Source: Octopus bimaculoides (taxonomy: Eukaryota). Taken from it: a stretch of 63,535 bases of DNA. This document shows, piece after piece, positions 36,575-49,994 of this stretch. How positions within the stretch are numbered: the stretch's first letter is position 1; each line of letters begins with the position of its first letter. The DNA lies in contig NC_068987.1 of assembly GCF_001194135.2 (NCBI RefSeq), forward strand, positions 4,600,792 to 4,664,326, given 5' to 3'. A model generated the notes under the pieces. The model saw nothing but the letters and a program-made list of their open reading frames with translations, searched no databases and was not told the origin of the DNA. A program made the position numbers and the translations under genes.

Positions 36575-38295
36575 TACACACACACAACGTATACATACAA
36601 ATATCCAATTCTTAATATAGCCTTAGATGCTTGTAGCATCTCCAACATTTACGGAAAATTAAGTTGATAAACAAAAATTGCATCAGAAAATTTTTTTTAT
36701 ATATATATATATATATCTTTAATACTTTCAGTTCCTGTAGGTCACTTTGCTAATATTAAAGGTATTTCAAAAGGAACCATCTCACTGCAAAATACAAACA
36801 CACGTTTGGAAAAGAGCAAATTGGAGCTTATCAACTGCTATCATTTGCATTGCTGTTTTTAAAAACTGTAGAATCACAGAATGTCACAGAATGTCACAGC
36901 ATATTTCATTGTTTTCAACATTGAAGCTAGTCTCTTTGCATTCCATGTTTTATTCTATGATGCAGTTTTTACGAAACTATGTCGTTTATTCAGAGAATTT
37001 CCTGAACATAATGAGTCTGAATGTGTAAGAGTCTTTTCTTTATTTATTTATTTAGCATTACCATCATCAGATATCTAAAGTCAGACAAACAAATGGAGAA
37101 AACTGCTGTTAACAATCAGGAAATATCATTACAGCTACAGAAAAATGAAAAATATATAACCAGTGTAACAATCTTCAGAAAAACCTACATTTTGCAAACC
37201 TAGATTGCCTTGTGCAAATGTAGGTTTAAGAAAAGCAGTATTGATGGCGCAAGTTTATTGTTTTTCTTTCTTCGAAATCTTGAGTAATGTGCCAGCAGGT
37301 GTCAGGAAATAAATAAAATAAATGCAGACAAACAGTCAGACAGAAGGAAGGAAAGACGTAGAGAACACTACAGAGATATTGTTTGCAGTATTTTCGACTT
37401 TGGCAAACAATCAACTAGTTGACATTTTTTTTTCTAAAGCAAGTTGAGATATTGAGACATTTATTATTATTATTGTTACTACTACTGTTACTACTATTAT
37501 TACTACTACTACAACTAGCTGTATCTATTGTGTGCTTTCACTGTATAGCACAACTCAAAACATCATGTTCTCTTATGTATTAAAAGGACCCTATGCAATG
37601 ACTGTGCATTATGTCCTGTATGTTGTATATATGTGTAAAATATATATATATATCATATATATATATATATAAGGCGGTGAGCTGGTAGAAACGTTAGCAT
37701 TCCGGGCAAAATGCTTAGCAGCATTTCATCTGTGTTTACGTTCTGAGTTCGAATTCCACCAAGGTCAACTTTGCCTTTCATCCTTTCAAGTACTGAGGTC
37801 GATCTAATTAACTGGCCCCTCCCCAAAAGTTTCGGGCCTTGTGCCTAGAGCAGAAAAGAATATATATGTGTGTGTGTGTGTGTGTAAGTCTTGGGATCTT
37901 GATATTTATTATTATTTTGCCTGGGAGGGGCAGGCAATTTTTATTTGTCTAGTGGCTGTAGTGAACGAGGTAGTATGGTGGACCCGTTTGAAAGGACTAG
38001 ACAGACACTTTCCTCTCTGGCCAAGCCCTCATCAACATTTTTCAAGTTTCACTTGAAAAGGAAGTTGAGGGTGGAGAGGGAAGTGTTGCCTTGTAGCAAG
38101 TTTGTTGAAAGGTGAGTGAATGCTGGGAGAATGGTCAGTGTGAAAGGACCAACTCTGAGCTTGCACCTATAAAAAGGGAATCAAAGGAGAAGGGCTCATG
38201 CTTTGTTGTTCATGCACCCATGGCTTTTGTGGGTTTTCCACAAGGACCTTAAAGCGCCTAATAACAGTATACTAACTCTTGTTCAGACAGACACA

Positions 38296-38510
38296 CGCAT
38301 TGAAGAAGTAGCTGTTGGTCATTAACTGGAGGTAGATGTTGAGTGCACATGCATTTAGAAGGTGTGCATTGCATATGCACACATTAATTTTAGAATTTGG
38401 GTATTGGACACAAACAGATTTAGGAAACAGGTTTTGGGTATAAACATATTCAGGAACTGGGTGTTGAACACACACATATTCAGGAGGAAAGGTGGATGTT
38501 TGGGAAACTT
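38296..38510. repeat. Degenerate approximately 30-bp tandem repeat, about 6-7 units
   Basis: Units such as ATATTCAGGAACTGGGTGTTGAACACACAC and AGATTTAGGAAACAGGTTTTGGGTATAAAC. Confidence 0.6.
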
Positions 38511-38735
38511 AATCATAAAAGGGTGGAAACTTAATCATAAAAATGGTATCAATAATAATAATAACAATAATAAACTGAAATGATAAACAAAAACTGAAAT
38601 AAGGAAGGAAAAAGTAAGAGAAAAAAAAAGAGAAGAAAATTAAAATTGAAAGAAAATTATTTTGAGAAGTCTGTATTTTGAAAGAGTTTCAGAGAAAAAG
38701 TTAAAATAACCATCAATGGCAACAGTTTGTTGGAG

Positions 38736-39165
38736 AAGCACTGGATTAACCCATTAAGCAAAATAAGAATGTGCTTAGGGCATCAAGGGAAGGAGTGGGG
38801 CACCACAGAAATGGTAAATGGTCTACGGCACAAAAGAAATCACTTTAAACTTGCTAAAATAATATTCGGGATGCCTTTATCTCAACTAAGTATAGATGCA
38901 GATGTGTTACCTAAGATTAATTTTGAGGATCTGATCAAAGATTTTGCAATTCAAAAAAGTAGGAGGAAACTTTTCGAATATAAATAAAGTGGAAGTATAC
39001 AAAAATAAACATTATTTTCCCTTTTACTGTTTTGTTTCATTTTGACAAAAATAAAAATTTATTTTATGGTTTGTTATTGTTTATATTTTAAATTACATAA
39101 TTTTTTATGGGGGTACCAAGATGTTTTAAGTGCTTAGGGCCTCGATGGGTCCTAATCTGGCCCTG
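38736..39165 (+). mobile_element. Non-autonomous hAT-type DNA transposon retaining a transposase C-terminal fragment
   Basis: LSQLSIDADVLPKINFEDLIKDFAIQKSRRKLF resembles the C-terminus of hAT/ZMYM1-like transposases. Right TIR TAATCTGGCCCTG; left TIR degenerate; TSD not recognisable. Confidence 0.65.
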
Positions 39166-41439
39166 AATGGTAGAGATTTTCTTCAACTAAGAAATACAGA
39201 AATTTTGAAGAAAACAAAACTAATAGCATCAAATTTGAGGGCTGTGGGCCTATGTTCTTTAAAAATTCCCAATGGCAAGATAATTCAGAGGTCATATGTG
39301 TTGTAAATCAGTTTATTAAAGATAGCTAAATAGATGAAAATAAGGTGATTATGCAATTAAAAGGTCTGATTAGGTGTTTTATGATAGAGTTGATTTTGAT
39401 GCTTAATATAGACCAGCCTTGCTAAAGCAGCTTATTATCATCATCATCATCATCATAATCATTATCACTATCATCACCATTTTAACATCCATTTTGCCAT
39501 TCCTGCATTGATCAGATGCGATTTGTTGAGATCAGTATACTGCAGCTGGATGCTCTTCCTCTTGCCAAACCTAACCTGTTTCCAAGTAAGGTAATATTGG
39601 ATATTAAAATGATGATGATAATGATGATGATGATGATGATGAAATAAATAGTTTTTAGCAAGATTTCAGAAAGAGGTGCTGTAATAACATATTTTGAAAA
39701 TATATGTAAGGATGTGAATTGCTAAAATGGTTGGAATTGGTAACACCAAGAAACATATCTACCATCGATGGTTATTTTGTAGGAAAAATTCTTAACTAAC
39801 AAAATAATGTAAAAAAAAAAAGCAGCAAAAAGTAAAGAAAAGAAAAAGTAAAATAGGAAATAGAAAATTCTTAAAAAAAAAAGTGGAATTGTAGATATTG
39901 TGATTGAAGATGAAGAAATTGTGCCAAAGTATGTGAATCACACCCACACTAGAAATGGTCAAGTCAATACAGAATAACAGTATCAGAAGCTAACCAAATT
40001 ATGGAATCACTTAGTGATGAGAATATGGCTTATTGAGATAAATATATTAAAATATGTACAAGTATCTTCACATATTTTGATATATTTAGTATTATTGATA
40101 ATTTTGATAATAGTTATTTATTAATATTTTAAAAGGAATCCCCTACATAGGAAACTCAATTATAATAGTCATTATATGGAATAATATGCCATGGTACACA
40201 GCCCGGTGTTTAGGGTGTTGCACTCACAATCACCAGATCATGGGTTTAATTCTCAGGCTGGATGGTACATTGTGGTTCTTGAGCAAGACACTTCATTTCA
40301 CATTATTCCAGTCCATTCAGCTGTAAATGTGTAACCCTGTATGGACTAGCATCCTATCCAGGGGGAATGTTGGACAGTGGAGTGGTATCATTTGAAAGCT
40401 AAAACAATGCAAAGCGCACTGTGACCAGCAATGTAACAATATCCGATGGCTTGATATGAAATAATATTCTTTATATACTATATAGTTATCATATAGGATA
40501 TTATATTTATTCATTTAATAATGGCAGATTAGTCTTAATTTGGTAATTTTTTATGTCTTCTAGAACCACATGCCGTATAATGGCATCATTGTGTGTTTAA
40601 CCAAATCTGATCTTTATTCTTCAGTTTATTTAGCTCCATGGAAGTAGAATGGAAGTATCAGATCTTGGAATCTATCTGCAATAGATCCACTTCAGAATTC
40701 AGAGTTTGGCCCCCTTATGGGGTCAATAAATTAAGTACCAGTTGAGCACTGGGGCCGATGTAATCAACTTACTCCCTCCTTCAAAATTGCTGGCTCTGTG
40801 CCAAAATTTGAAACCAATATTTGTTTAATTTAGAGAGTGGCAATCAAGTTGACCATCCTTGGTTTGGAAAAATCCATGATCCATAATGGTTTTGGAACCA
40901 AAGGTTCCGGTAAATCAATGTTATGCCTGTGGGTTTATCTACTTTGAGTTCCATCACTAAAAAACTAATTACATTTTTTTAATTTACATCAGAATATGTG
41001 GGTTGCCCTTACAAAAATATCTCTGTTTGGCTATTCTTTACTGTGTCTACGGAACCATTTAATAGAATTTATGATGGGTTTGGTTCTATTTAAATGTTAA
41101 ACGAAAGAGTAACAGGTTTGATTCCATTGACTGCAGGAACTGTTTTGACTCAACCATTAGAATAAAGAACAATAGACAAACCTCTTGGCTGGTGTCTTCA
41201 GCAGGGGCCTTAAGTAACATAAAGGTAAATCAAAAAAGAAACAGATAAATATACAACAATATATGACAACAATAACAACAATAACAACAGTCAATAAAAA
41301 AATAAAGCAACAATAACAGAAAAACTACCAATTTTTACTTCCTTTTTTTCCTCCTGATTTTAATTAGTTTAATACTACCCCTCACTCATCCATCCCTGCA
41401 AACACACATTCACATATTCAGGGACGATTATGACAAGGG

Positions 41440-41623
41440 TTCTAGTTTAGTTCTATATTTAAGAGATGAAGAATTATGTACATTATTTACATTATTTACA
41501 TTTGACGGATATTTGTCCTCATCTTGTTTGTTGTTAATGTTTCGGCTGATATACCCTCCAGCCTTCATCAGGTGTCTTGGGGAAATTTCCAACCTGGGTT
41601 CTCATTCCTAAGGTATTTTTCGA

Positions 41624-41689
<66 letters not shown>

Positions 41690-41705
41690 TATTATTATTA
41701 TTATT
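41440..41705 (-). mobile_element. Family A element, 5'-truncated in the (AAT)n tract, with a degenerate hammerhead (about 41535-41576)
   Basis: GACAC-CTGATGA-A-GGCTG...CAGCC-GAAAC-ATT: stem III / stem I' is damaged. Confidence 0.75.
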
Positions 41706-42122
41706 CTAGTTGATTCGATTAAGAGAACAGCCAGCTCATGAAATTAATGTGCAAGTGGCTGAGTACTTCTCAGGGAGATTCAGCCTGACACAGAATGTGA
41801 TAAAGCTGCTCCTTTGTATTCCAGGTACAACTCATATCAACCAGCTGAGTGGACTGGGGCAATGTGGAATAAAGTGTCTTGCTTAAGGACTCAATGTACC
41901 ACTGAAAATCAAACTCTCACCCTTACAGTTCTGAATTAAATACCCTAACCATTAAGCCATAGGCCACATCCCTTCACATTACAAGTAAAATCCTCAAATG
42001 CTATGAAACCAAGCAATATTATTTGCTTTTTATTTGTTCACTGATGAATAAATGTATAATGGGAGGAACATCAAAATTAATGTTTATTTAGATTCTACTA
42101 AACTGTTACATGATTTTCTTAC

Positions 42123-42137
42123 CAGTGCACCGTGCGT
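42123..42137 (-). CDS. Candidate 15-nt microexon THGAL (phase 0/0), or the 3' end of a CpG-rich non-coding first exon
   Basis: attcTGCccactcgacag|ACGCACGGTGCACTG|GTAAGA: strong donor, with a TGC motif just upstream of the AG. Confidence 0.4.
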
Positions 42138-43386
42138 CTGTCGAGTGGGCAGAATATTGTTTACAAAGTAAGTCTTGCGCCGACAGATAAATAGAAAGAT
42201 ACACAGAATAACTACGATTTTTAAAACGAACGAAGATAAACAGCGGGTGTTATCTATGGCCTCCAGGAGACGGGTTAAAATTAGAGAAAGCTGATCTTCT
42301 CTTTGGTGAGATGTTTGAGGGTGAAGGAAAATTTACTTGTAAACATAATGACCAAACGAAGACGATATTGAACGAGCAGTTCGTAGTTTATGAGTTCATT
42401 CTCACATTAGGCAGCTTATTGGAATAAACTCTTGGCAGCCTTCTTAATAACTTACATCTCAGTACATCTAACATCTAACTGTTGGGAAATAAGTATTAGA
42501 TCTTAAAGGAATGCTACTTGTGTTAGTTTGGTGTTTCAATTAAGTCTACTCAGACAGGGACACACACACAGATGTATTAAACATTATTACTGAAGAGTTT
42601 GGTGTCTTCTTTGTATACACAATAACCATGAAGTGCTATTTGTGCTGAAGTGTAAACTCTTATGTTCACACAAACAGACAGTTACATGTGTGAAGGGTTC
42701 AAGTAGAAATGGTGTTTTGATTAGCAGTTCACAAGTTGCAGAGTTTATGTTTCTCACAAGTGTTTTGCTGTGTCTGTGGTCAGAGCACTTAGCTCTAAAG
42801 TCTCATCAGTTCATTGGGGTGTAAGGGAAATTAGTATAAAATATCCCGGGCAGAAATAAACTCTTAAACTCATATCCTATTCAAATGGAGAAGATTTAAC
42901 TTTCAACAGCAGCAGCAGCATCACCACCACCACCACCACGTCAGTTTGCCATACTGGCATGGGTTGGACGGTTTAATTGGGGACTGGCAAGCCAGGAGGC
43001 CTCACCAGGCTCCAATCTGATCTGGCAATGTTTCTACAGCTGGATACCCTCCCTAATGCCAACCACTCTCAGAGAGACACATTTCCTTAACTGAACTAAT
43101 AGTTCTCTGAACTTGCAATTCTTTCCTGCAACATTCTAACCACATGTCCAAAGCACTGTAGCTGTGACCTCTCAATGTGGAGACGTAACCATAACAACAC
43201 CATTGCCATAACTGAATATCTGCTGGCAAGCCTAAACAATTTCAGAAAGAATTACTTGTGCAAGAATGACAAAAAAACAACAACAACAAGTACCAAACCA
43301 ATGTTGATAAAGAGAGGAATAAAGCATATGTTTGCAAAAATGAAAGGAATATCATCTGAGACAAACAGACGTATCAAGCTGCTTAC

Positions 43387-43398
43387 TGAATGCCATGA
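43387..43398 (-). CDS. Candidate 12-nt microexon SWHS (phase 0/0)
   Basis: ttgttgttccccatttgttcag|TCATGGCATTCA|GTAAGC. Confidence 0.35.
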
Positions 43399-43722
43399 CT
43401 GAACAAATGGGGAACAACAATAAACAGAATGGCATGTAATGGGGTTGGACTTACATACATCCACACATTTAGACTGGTTTACCACCAGTGGGATGGATGA
43501 GTGAATAAATATATAGACAGAGAAACAAAGAAAAATATATAAAATATATTAACAAACACATATATAAACAGGATGGATATTTGAACAAGCAGTTAAAGAC
43601 AATTAATCCATAAGACACACAGACATGTTCTCGCATACAGAAGACAAACAACAATCTTGACCGAGGAATATTCAACCACAAGAACGTATTCTAACAATGC
43701 CATAGTATTAATCTGATATATG

Positions 43723-43776
<54 letters not shown>

Positions 43777-46734
43777 CAGGTATATCAACAAAAGTAATTA
43801 AGGTACAAAAATAATGAAGTAATTACACTAAAGTTTGCTGAAACAAAAAAATAGATTTCATATTAGTGAAGAACCTGGAAAAAAAAAATTATAGATTAAT
43901 TATTGCAACATTGTGATTTGACAGAAATACAAGAAATAGAGATGAAAATAGTAATAATGAAAGAAGTTTTAAGATTAAGTTAACCAAAATTGGAAGTCTT
44001 GCCAGTTCATTGGGTTTTGTTTTGTTTTTTTTTTTCATGATGGAGTCAACAGCAGAGATAGAAATAGAAAAAAAGGAATAGTAAAAATGAAATAGGAAAA
44101 TAACAAACAAGACTACAGAATGCAGAGAAATAAAAGAAAGAAAAAACACAAGAAGTGTATTTTTAAGAGTAATTCTATCAACAAAGACAATGGTAACATA
44201 AAAGAAAGGTTTTTCAGTTGTTTTCTTAATTTTTGATACGAAATTTATAAAGCTTTTTAAAACTATAGATTATAAATTAAATTAAGCTAAACTCAGAGTT
44301 TAAATTCCTACATTTACTCATTTATGAGTTGCACTTGTCTATAAGTTGCATCCCTAATTTAGCGTTAAATTTTAGTACAAATTTTTTTTCCCTTCATAGT
44401 TTTAGCTTTGCCCTGGACATAGGGTGCTCTGGGGTTTGTTTTTTTTAAAATTAAATTCAAGCATAGTGAGACTTATACACAAATAAGTACAATATATATC
44501 CTTATATATTTGTGAATGTATATATGTATATGTATGCACGGGCTCTGAAGATGATAGTATTTGTTAAGGTCATTTAATTTGTTTCAATCGATCAGTCAAC
44601 CAATTGAGTAAATGGAATTATGAATGCACCTAAAATGCATATCAGAAACAGCTGTAAGTCTACAATGCACAAATAAACAAATAAATATCTAAAGCCCATT
44701 ATTTACATCTTTTCTTGTGTGTATGTATATATGTGTATATATATATATATATATATACATATACACTCACACACTGTATTTATTTATATATAAGTCACAC
44801 TCTTAATTTAGTGTTAAATCTTATTACAAATTTTTCCCTTTTGTAGTTTTAGTATCACCCTACATATAAGTCACACCCCAGTTTATCTAAAAACTGAAAC
44901 CGTATCACAAATTCTGATTGCATTTCAGTTGCAGTACTTAACACATCGAAATAAAATATAATAAAGATAACATTCACGGAAGTGGTTAAGTTTTGCTTTG
45001 TTTGTGACAACGTTTACTGTTGTTATTTTTTGCCATTCTTTATAGTTGTGCAACTCAGTGATCATTTATAAAAAAACTTATATCATCCCTAATTATTCTA
45101 AGGTTTTGCCAAAACAGATTACGCATTACTAGGGAGGTTTAATAATAGCGAAACATGGTCAAAGTTATCACCATACAATTAAAGACTAAACTCAGTCCTC
45201 ACCACATTCTGTTTAATTTTAATTAATTTAAATCATGAGGTTATCTCCCCTGACTTTCATGCCTTGGATAAGTCATTTGCATATTTTTTTGTTTTCCCCT
45301 TCATCACTAGGTGTGTAATTTTAATTAATTAAAACTATTTGGTTTATTACATCAAGTATGTTAGCACTCACTTTACTATTAATATTTCATGCAGCAGGCA
45401 TCTCTAGGTATCCCCCCCCCCACCATTCTTCTATCTATCAACCTTTCTCCTGAAGACATTTTAGGTTAGTTATTGCTTTATTTATTTATTTACTATGTAA
45501 AATCATTTGGTGAAAAAGACAGGGTGAAGACAATATGGAAAAGAAAAAGGTAAGGAAAATAGAGAACGATGCAATAGAGCTTATTTGTAAGTGGATAAGT
45601 TAATCTAGTTTATAAGGAAGTAAGTCTATCTAATTTAGATATAAAGTGTAGTTAGTACCACTTGTTTCCATGGTTATGGTCAGAAAACTATCGACAAACA
45701 AAGGGGGTTAGCAGTTGACTCTGATAGAAGATGTAAGTTTATATCTCTTCAGAAGAATGAAAAGTAGCCGCAAGTATCTAATGTACAGATTGAAATGCTT
45801 GGATTTATTTTTTTTCAACAGGTAAATCTTAATGCTATTACTTAAAATAATATACGATGATAATAACCTTAATTAAAATCTATCTTAAAGTTTCCAGCTC
45901 TGTCAAACACTAACAACTTTCTCACTGAAATGAATGATTATTTCAATACAAATTGCTATATATTTTGTTTTTCACGTTAATTCTTCCCTTAAATATATAA
46001 CCGGAAAATTATTGTTTAGATAAATAACTTAAAATTAATCTAGTCCTTAAAAAAAAAAAAATAAATAAAATCAGTTTCCTCTTCTTTGCATGGCTTCTCC
46101 ATTTCCTAAGGTACTGGTACCTAGTTAGTTGCCTTACCATTTCCTCCAGTTCTCCTTCTTTTCAGTAGTTTATCATATTAATAGATAATATGATAAATTA
46201 ATAAATAAAATCCATATAAAGCAAAATTTAATGCCATAATAGTGATTTCAAGCTTTTTTTTTAAATTCTGTATATGAAGCATTTTACCCCTGTACAGGAA
46301 GCTGTTATATTAAGCAAGACATCTATATAGACCAAAATACAGACAAGTTACATATGTTACACTGACAATTCTACAACAATGTTTATTTACAAACAGCAGC
46401 CCTTGCTTGAAATAGCTTTAGAAAATGGCATCAGTTAAGAGCCTAAGTGCAGATTTACATTGCATCAAAATTATAAAACCACTGACGTGAATATAAAGTA
46501 GCAGTTGTTATGATTATTTTCTCTTTTTCTTTACAAAAAAGCAGTTCTTCAATGGCATATGTAAATAGCCGAATCTGGCTATAAAAGCTACAAAGAAACC
46601 CATAAGCAAATTTTGATAAGACACACCCAATACATTAGCCATGATGATAAGTGTCAGCTATTCATTACACATTATAAGCTTTACGATCATCGTTATAGTG
46701 TTAGATATCAAATACTTATAAATAGAAGCACAAC

Positions 46735-46773
46735 CTTTCGACCACTGTTGGATCTCCTTTGTATCTGGAAGCC
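46735..46773 (-). CDS. Candidate exon, 13 codons, phase 0/0: GFQIQRRSNSGRK
   Basis: Acceptor aatttttcag|GGC and donor AAG|GTTGTG (moderate). Arg/Ser content resembles neighbouring exons. Confidence 0.4.
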
Positions 46774-46904
46774 CTGAAAAATTATGCCTTTTCATGTAAT
46801 GAACTATTCTAGATGCTTTTGTGCTAAAAAAACAAAAAAATATAAGAACAGAGCTTGTTGTCAACTAAATAAACACTGACAATAAGAGTTCTCTTACCCA
46901 CTGC

Positions 46905-46935
<31 letters not shown>

Positions 46936-46952
46936 CAGATACATACATATAC

Positions 46953-46986
<34 letters not shown>

Positions 46987-47407
46987 NNNNNNNNNNNNNN
47001 NNNNNNNNNNNNNNNNNNNNNNNNNNNNNNNNNNNNNNNNNNNNNNNNNNNNNNNNNNNNNNNNNNNNNNNNNNNNNNNNNNNNNNNNNNNNNNNNNNNN
47101 NNNNNNNNNNNNNNNNNNNNNNNNNNNNNNNNNNNNNNNNNNNNNNNNNNNNNNNNNNNNNNNNNNNNNNNNNNNNNNNNNNNNNNNNNNNNNNNNNNNN
47201 NNNNNNNNNNNNNNNNNNNNNNNNNNNNNNNNNNNNNNNNNNNNNNNNNNNNNNNNNNNNNNNNNNNNNNNNNNNNNNNNNNNNNNNNNNNNNNNNNNNN
47301 NNNNNNNNNNNNNNNNNNNNNNNNNNNNNNNNNNNNNNNNNNNNNNNNNNNNNNNNNNNNNNNNNNNNNNNNNNNNNNNNNNNNNNNNNNNNNNNNNNNN
47401 NNNNNNN

Positions 47408-47453
<46 letters not shown>

Positions 47454-47474
47454 CAGACACACACATACATAGAT

Positions 47475-47830
47475 AGTCTAAGACACACCTCACTGATGCT
47501 TTGGAATACATCTTCAAAGATGTTTCTAGAGTCTTAGAAGATTTCAGGTCTTTTAACATCAAACCCCTTCACTCAGTCGGCTCAGCTGGGATTAATCAAA
47601 TCCCAACTTGCATCCCAATAGCTGGAAACTACCAGCCTGTTCTCTTTATCCAAATCCATCCGAGTGGAATCGAATTTATGGTGCTTTTCTTTGCTGCGCC
47701 AGTAACTCCAAGCCCAGTCAGTGTTTTATGGCATAAACGAATCTGCATTTCCTTAGACCAAACTAATAAATGTTTACCATTTCTATCATTCGCTCTTCAT
47801 AAATATACACACCACTAAATTCAGTAGTTA
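47475..47830 (-). mobile_element. Second HERO-like 3' fragment
   Basis: YEERMIE and RLCHKTLTGLGVTGAAKKSTINSIPLGWIWIKRTGW*. The 3' UTR (tgatgttaaaagacctgaaa...gaaacatctttgaagatgtatt) aligns with 8095-8170. Confidence 0.7.
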
Positions 47831-48786
47831 TTTAAGCAATGTGGTCATGGATATTTAATAGGTTGGATGTGGCACTGAAGAAACAGCAATAACTCCTGAA
47901 ATGTGCATATACACGCATTACCTATTTTTCTATCTTTGATCACATTGTTTACATAGACATATTCCAACACCAAACGTCATAACTTTCAGTGTTGGCTATA
48001 ACTGTGATAGAAAATCTGTAGAGATAACATTAAGAAGTGATTGAATAGCACTGCTAACACAAGAAGGACAAAGTATTGACTTATAAGACTTTAATATGCT
48101 TGGGAGTATATCATCATTGCATAATGAAATATGGTCTCCCTACCAACAATATATATACATATGTATGTATATATATACATACATATATATCTATATATCT
48201 ATATATATATATATATATATATNNNNNNNNNNNNNNNNNNNNNNNNNNNNNNNNNNNNNNNNNNNNNNNNNNNNNNNNNNNNNNNNNNNNNNNNNNNNNN
48301 NNNNNNNNNNNNNNNNNNNNNNNNNNNNNNNNNNNNNNNNNNNNNNNNNNNNNNNNNNNNNNNNNNNNNNNNNNNNNNNNNNNNNNNNNNNNNNNNNNNN
48401 NNNNNNNNNNNNNNNNNNNNNNNNNNNNNNNNNNNNNNNNNNNNNNNNNNNNNNNNNNNNNNNNNNNNNNNNNNNNNNNNNNNNNNNNNNNNNNNNNNNN
48501 NNNNNNNNNNNNNNNNNNNNNNNNNNNNNNNNNNNNNNNNNNNNNNNNNNNNNNNNNNNNNNNNNNNNNNNNNNNNNNNNNNNNNNNNNNNNNNNNNNNN
48601 NNNNNNNNNNNNNNNNNNNNNNNNNNNNNNNNNNNNNNNNNNNNNNNNNNNNNNNNNNNNNNNNNNNNNNNNNNNNNNNNNNNNNNNNNNNNNNNNNNNN
48701 NNNNNNNNNNNNNNNNNNNNNNNNNNNNNNNNNNNNNNNNNNNNNNNNNNNNNNNNNNNNNNNNNNNNNNNNNNNNNNNNNNNNNN

Positions 48787-48828
<42 letters not shown>

Positions 48829-48838
48829 TGTGTGTGTT

Positions 48839-48871
<33 letters not shown>

Positions 48872-49096
48872 GTGTTTTGCTCATGTGTGTGTGTGTATCA
48901 TTGTGCTTGTTCCTCACCACCACTTGACAACTTGTATTGGTATACTTACATCACCATAACTTAGTGGTTCAGCAAAAGAGATCAACAGAATAAATACCAG
49001 ACTTTAACAAATAAGTAATGAGAGAGAAGGGCTTAGAAAAATTTTCTAGCTTATATGCTGAGAAATAGATGGTAAATCGTTTCACCACTCTTTGAC

Positions 49097-49186
49097 TTAT
49101 ATATTGGACTTATATATATTATTATGTGAACAATATGTAAATTATATATTGGACTTATATATATTATTATGTGAACAATATGTCAA
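49097..49186. repeat. 45-bp tandem duplication
   Basis: Two near-identical copies of TTATATATTGGACTTATATATATTATTATGTGAACAATATGT(A/C)AA. Confidence 0.9.
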
Positions 49187-49483
49187 TTATAATTGTTATA
49201 TTGCTCTAATTCAGTTCTGTTCTGACTAGGTATTGAGCTGAGTTTGATGACTTTGCCTTGTTTAGTAAATATATTTGTATTTTGTTAAGTTGCACAAATA
49301 ATAGTTCTTCTAATTTGCATACTGCTTTGTCTTGCACGTGGATTTTTTGGTTCTGCTTTAATCAGCGTGTATTTTAGAATATATATTGCTCGCGTGTTCA
49401 CTCCATTATTTGTTAGTTGGCTGGTATTCAAATAATGTAATAATTCTGTATTAAAACATAACAATAGTATATATGTATTATAG

Positions 49484-49791
49484 TGGAGGCGCAATGGCCC
49501 AGTGGTTAGGGCAGCGGACTCGCGGTCGGAGGATCGTGGTTTCGATTCCCAGACCGGGCGTTGTGTGTGTTTATTGAGCGAAAACACCTAAAGCTTCACA
49601 AGGCTCTGGCAGGGGATGGTGGTGACCCCTGTTGTACTCTTTCGCCCCAACTTTCTCTCACTCTTTCTCCCTGTTTCTTGAGTAACACTGCGATGGACTG
49701 GTATCCCATCCAGCTGGGGGGGAACACATACGTCATAGAAACCGGGAAACCGGGCCCATGAGCCTGGCTAGGCTTTGAAAGGGTGACGTTT
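49484..49791 (+). mobile_element. Young full-length tRNA-derived SINE
   Basis: A box TGGCCCAGTGG and B box GGTTTCGATTCCC, many intact CpGs, perfect 14-bp TSD TATATGTATTATAG (49470-49483 / 49792-49805). Confidence 0.9.
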
Positions 49792-49949
49792 TATATGTAT
49801 TATAGCCAAAGTGAGCAGTCCAATTGATATTTGGTTGAACTACAATGAGAGAGCAATATTACATCACATGCAGCATGGATAAATGAGACAGCAATGAATT
49901 ATTATTAGCACATACATTACAAGGGTTAAAGTCAAACCACACTATTTAC

Positions 49950-49994
49950 CTCCCTATCATCACCACCGCGTCTTCTGCGGGAACGTCTGGTATC
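49950..49994 (-). CDS. Exon, 15 codons, phase 0/0: DTRRSRRRRGGDDRE
   Basis: Acceptor tttgtgtgctgttttcag|GAT and donor GAG|GTAAAT. GC/CpG-rich relative to the flanks. Confidence 0.88.

Noticed and set aside
49484-49560. tRNA gene
   Set aside because: A and B boxes are present, but the sequence continues into a SINE body bounded by a TSD and has no complete cloverleaf.
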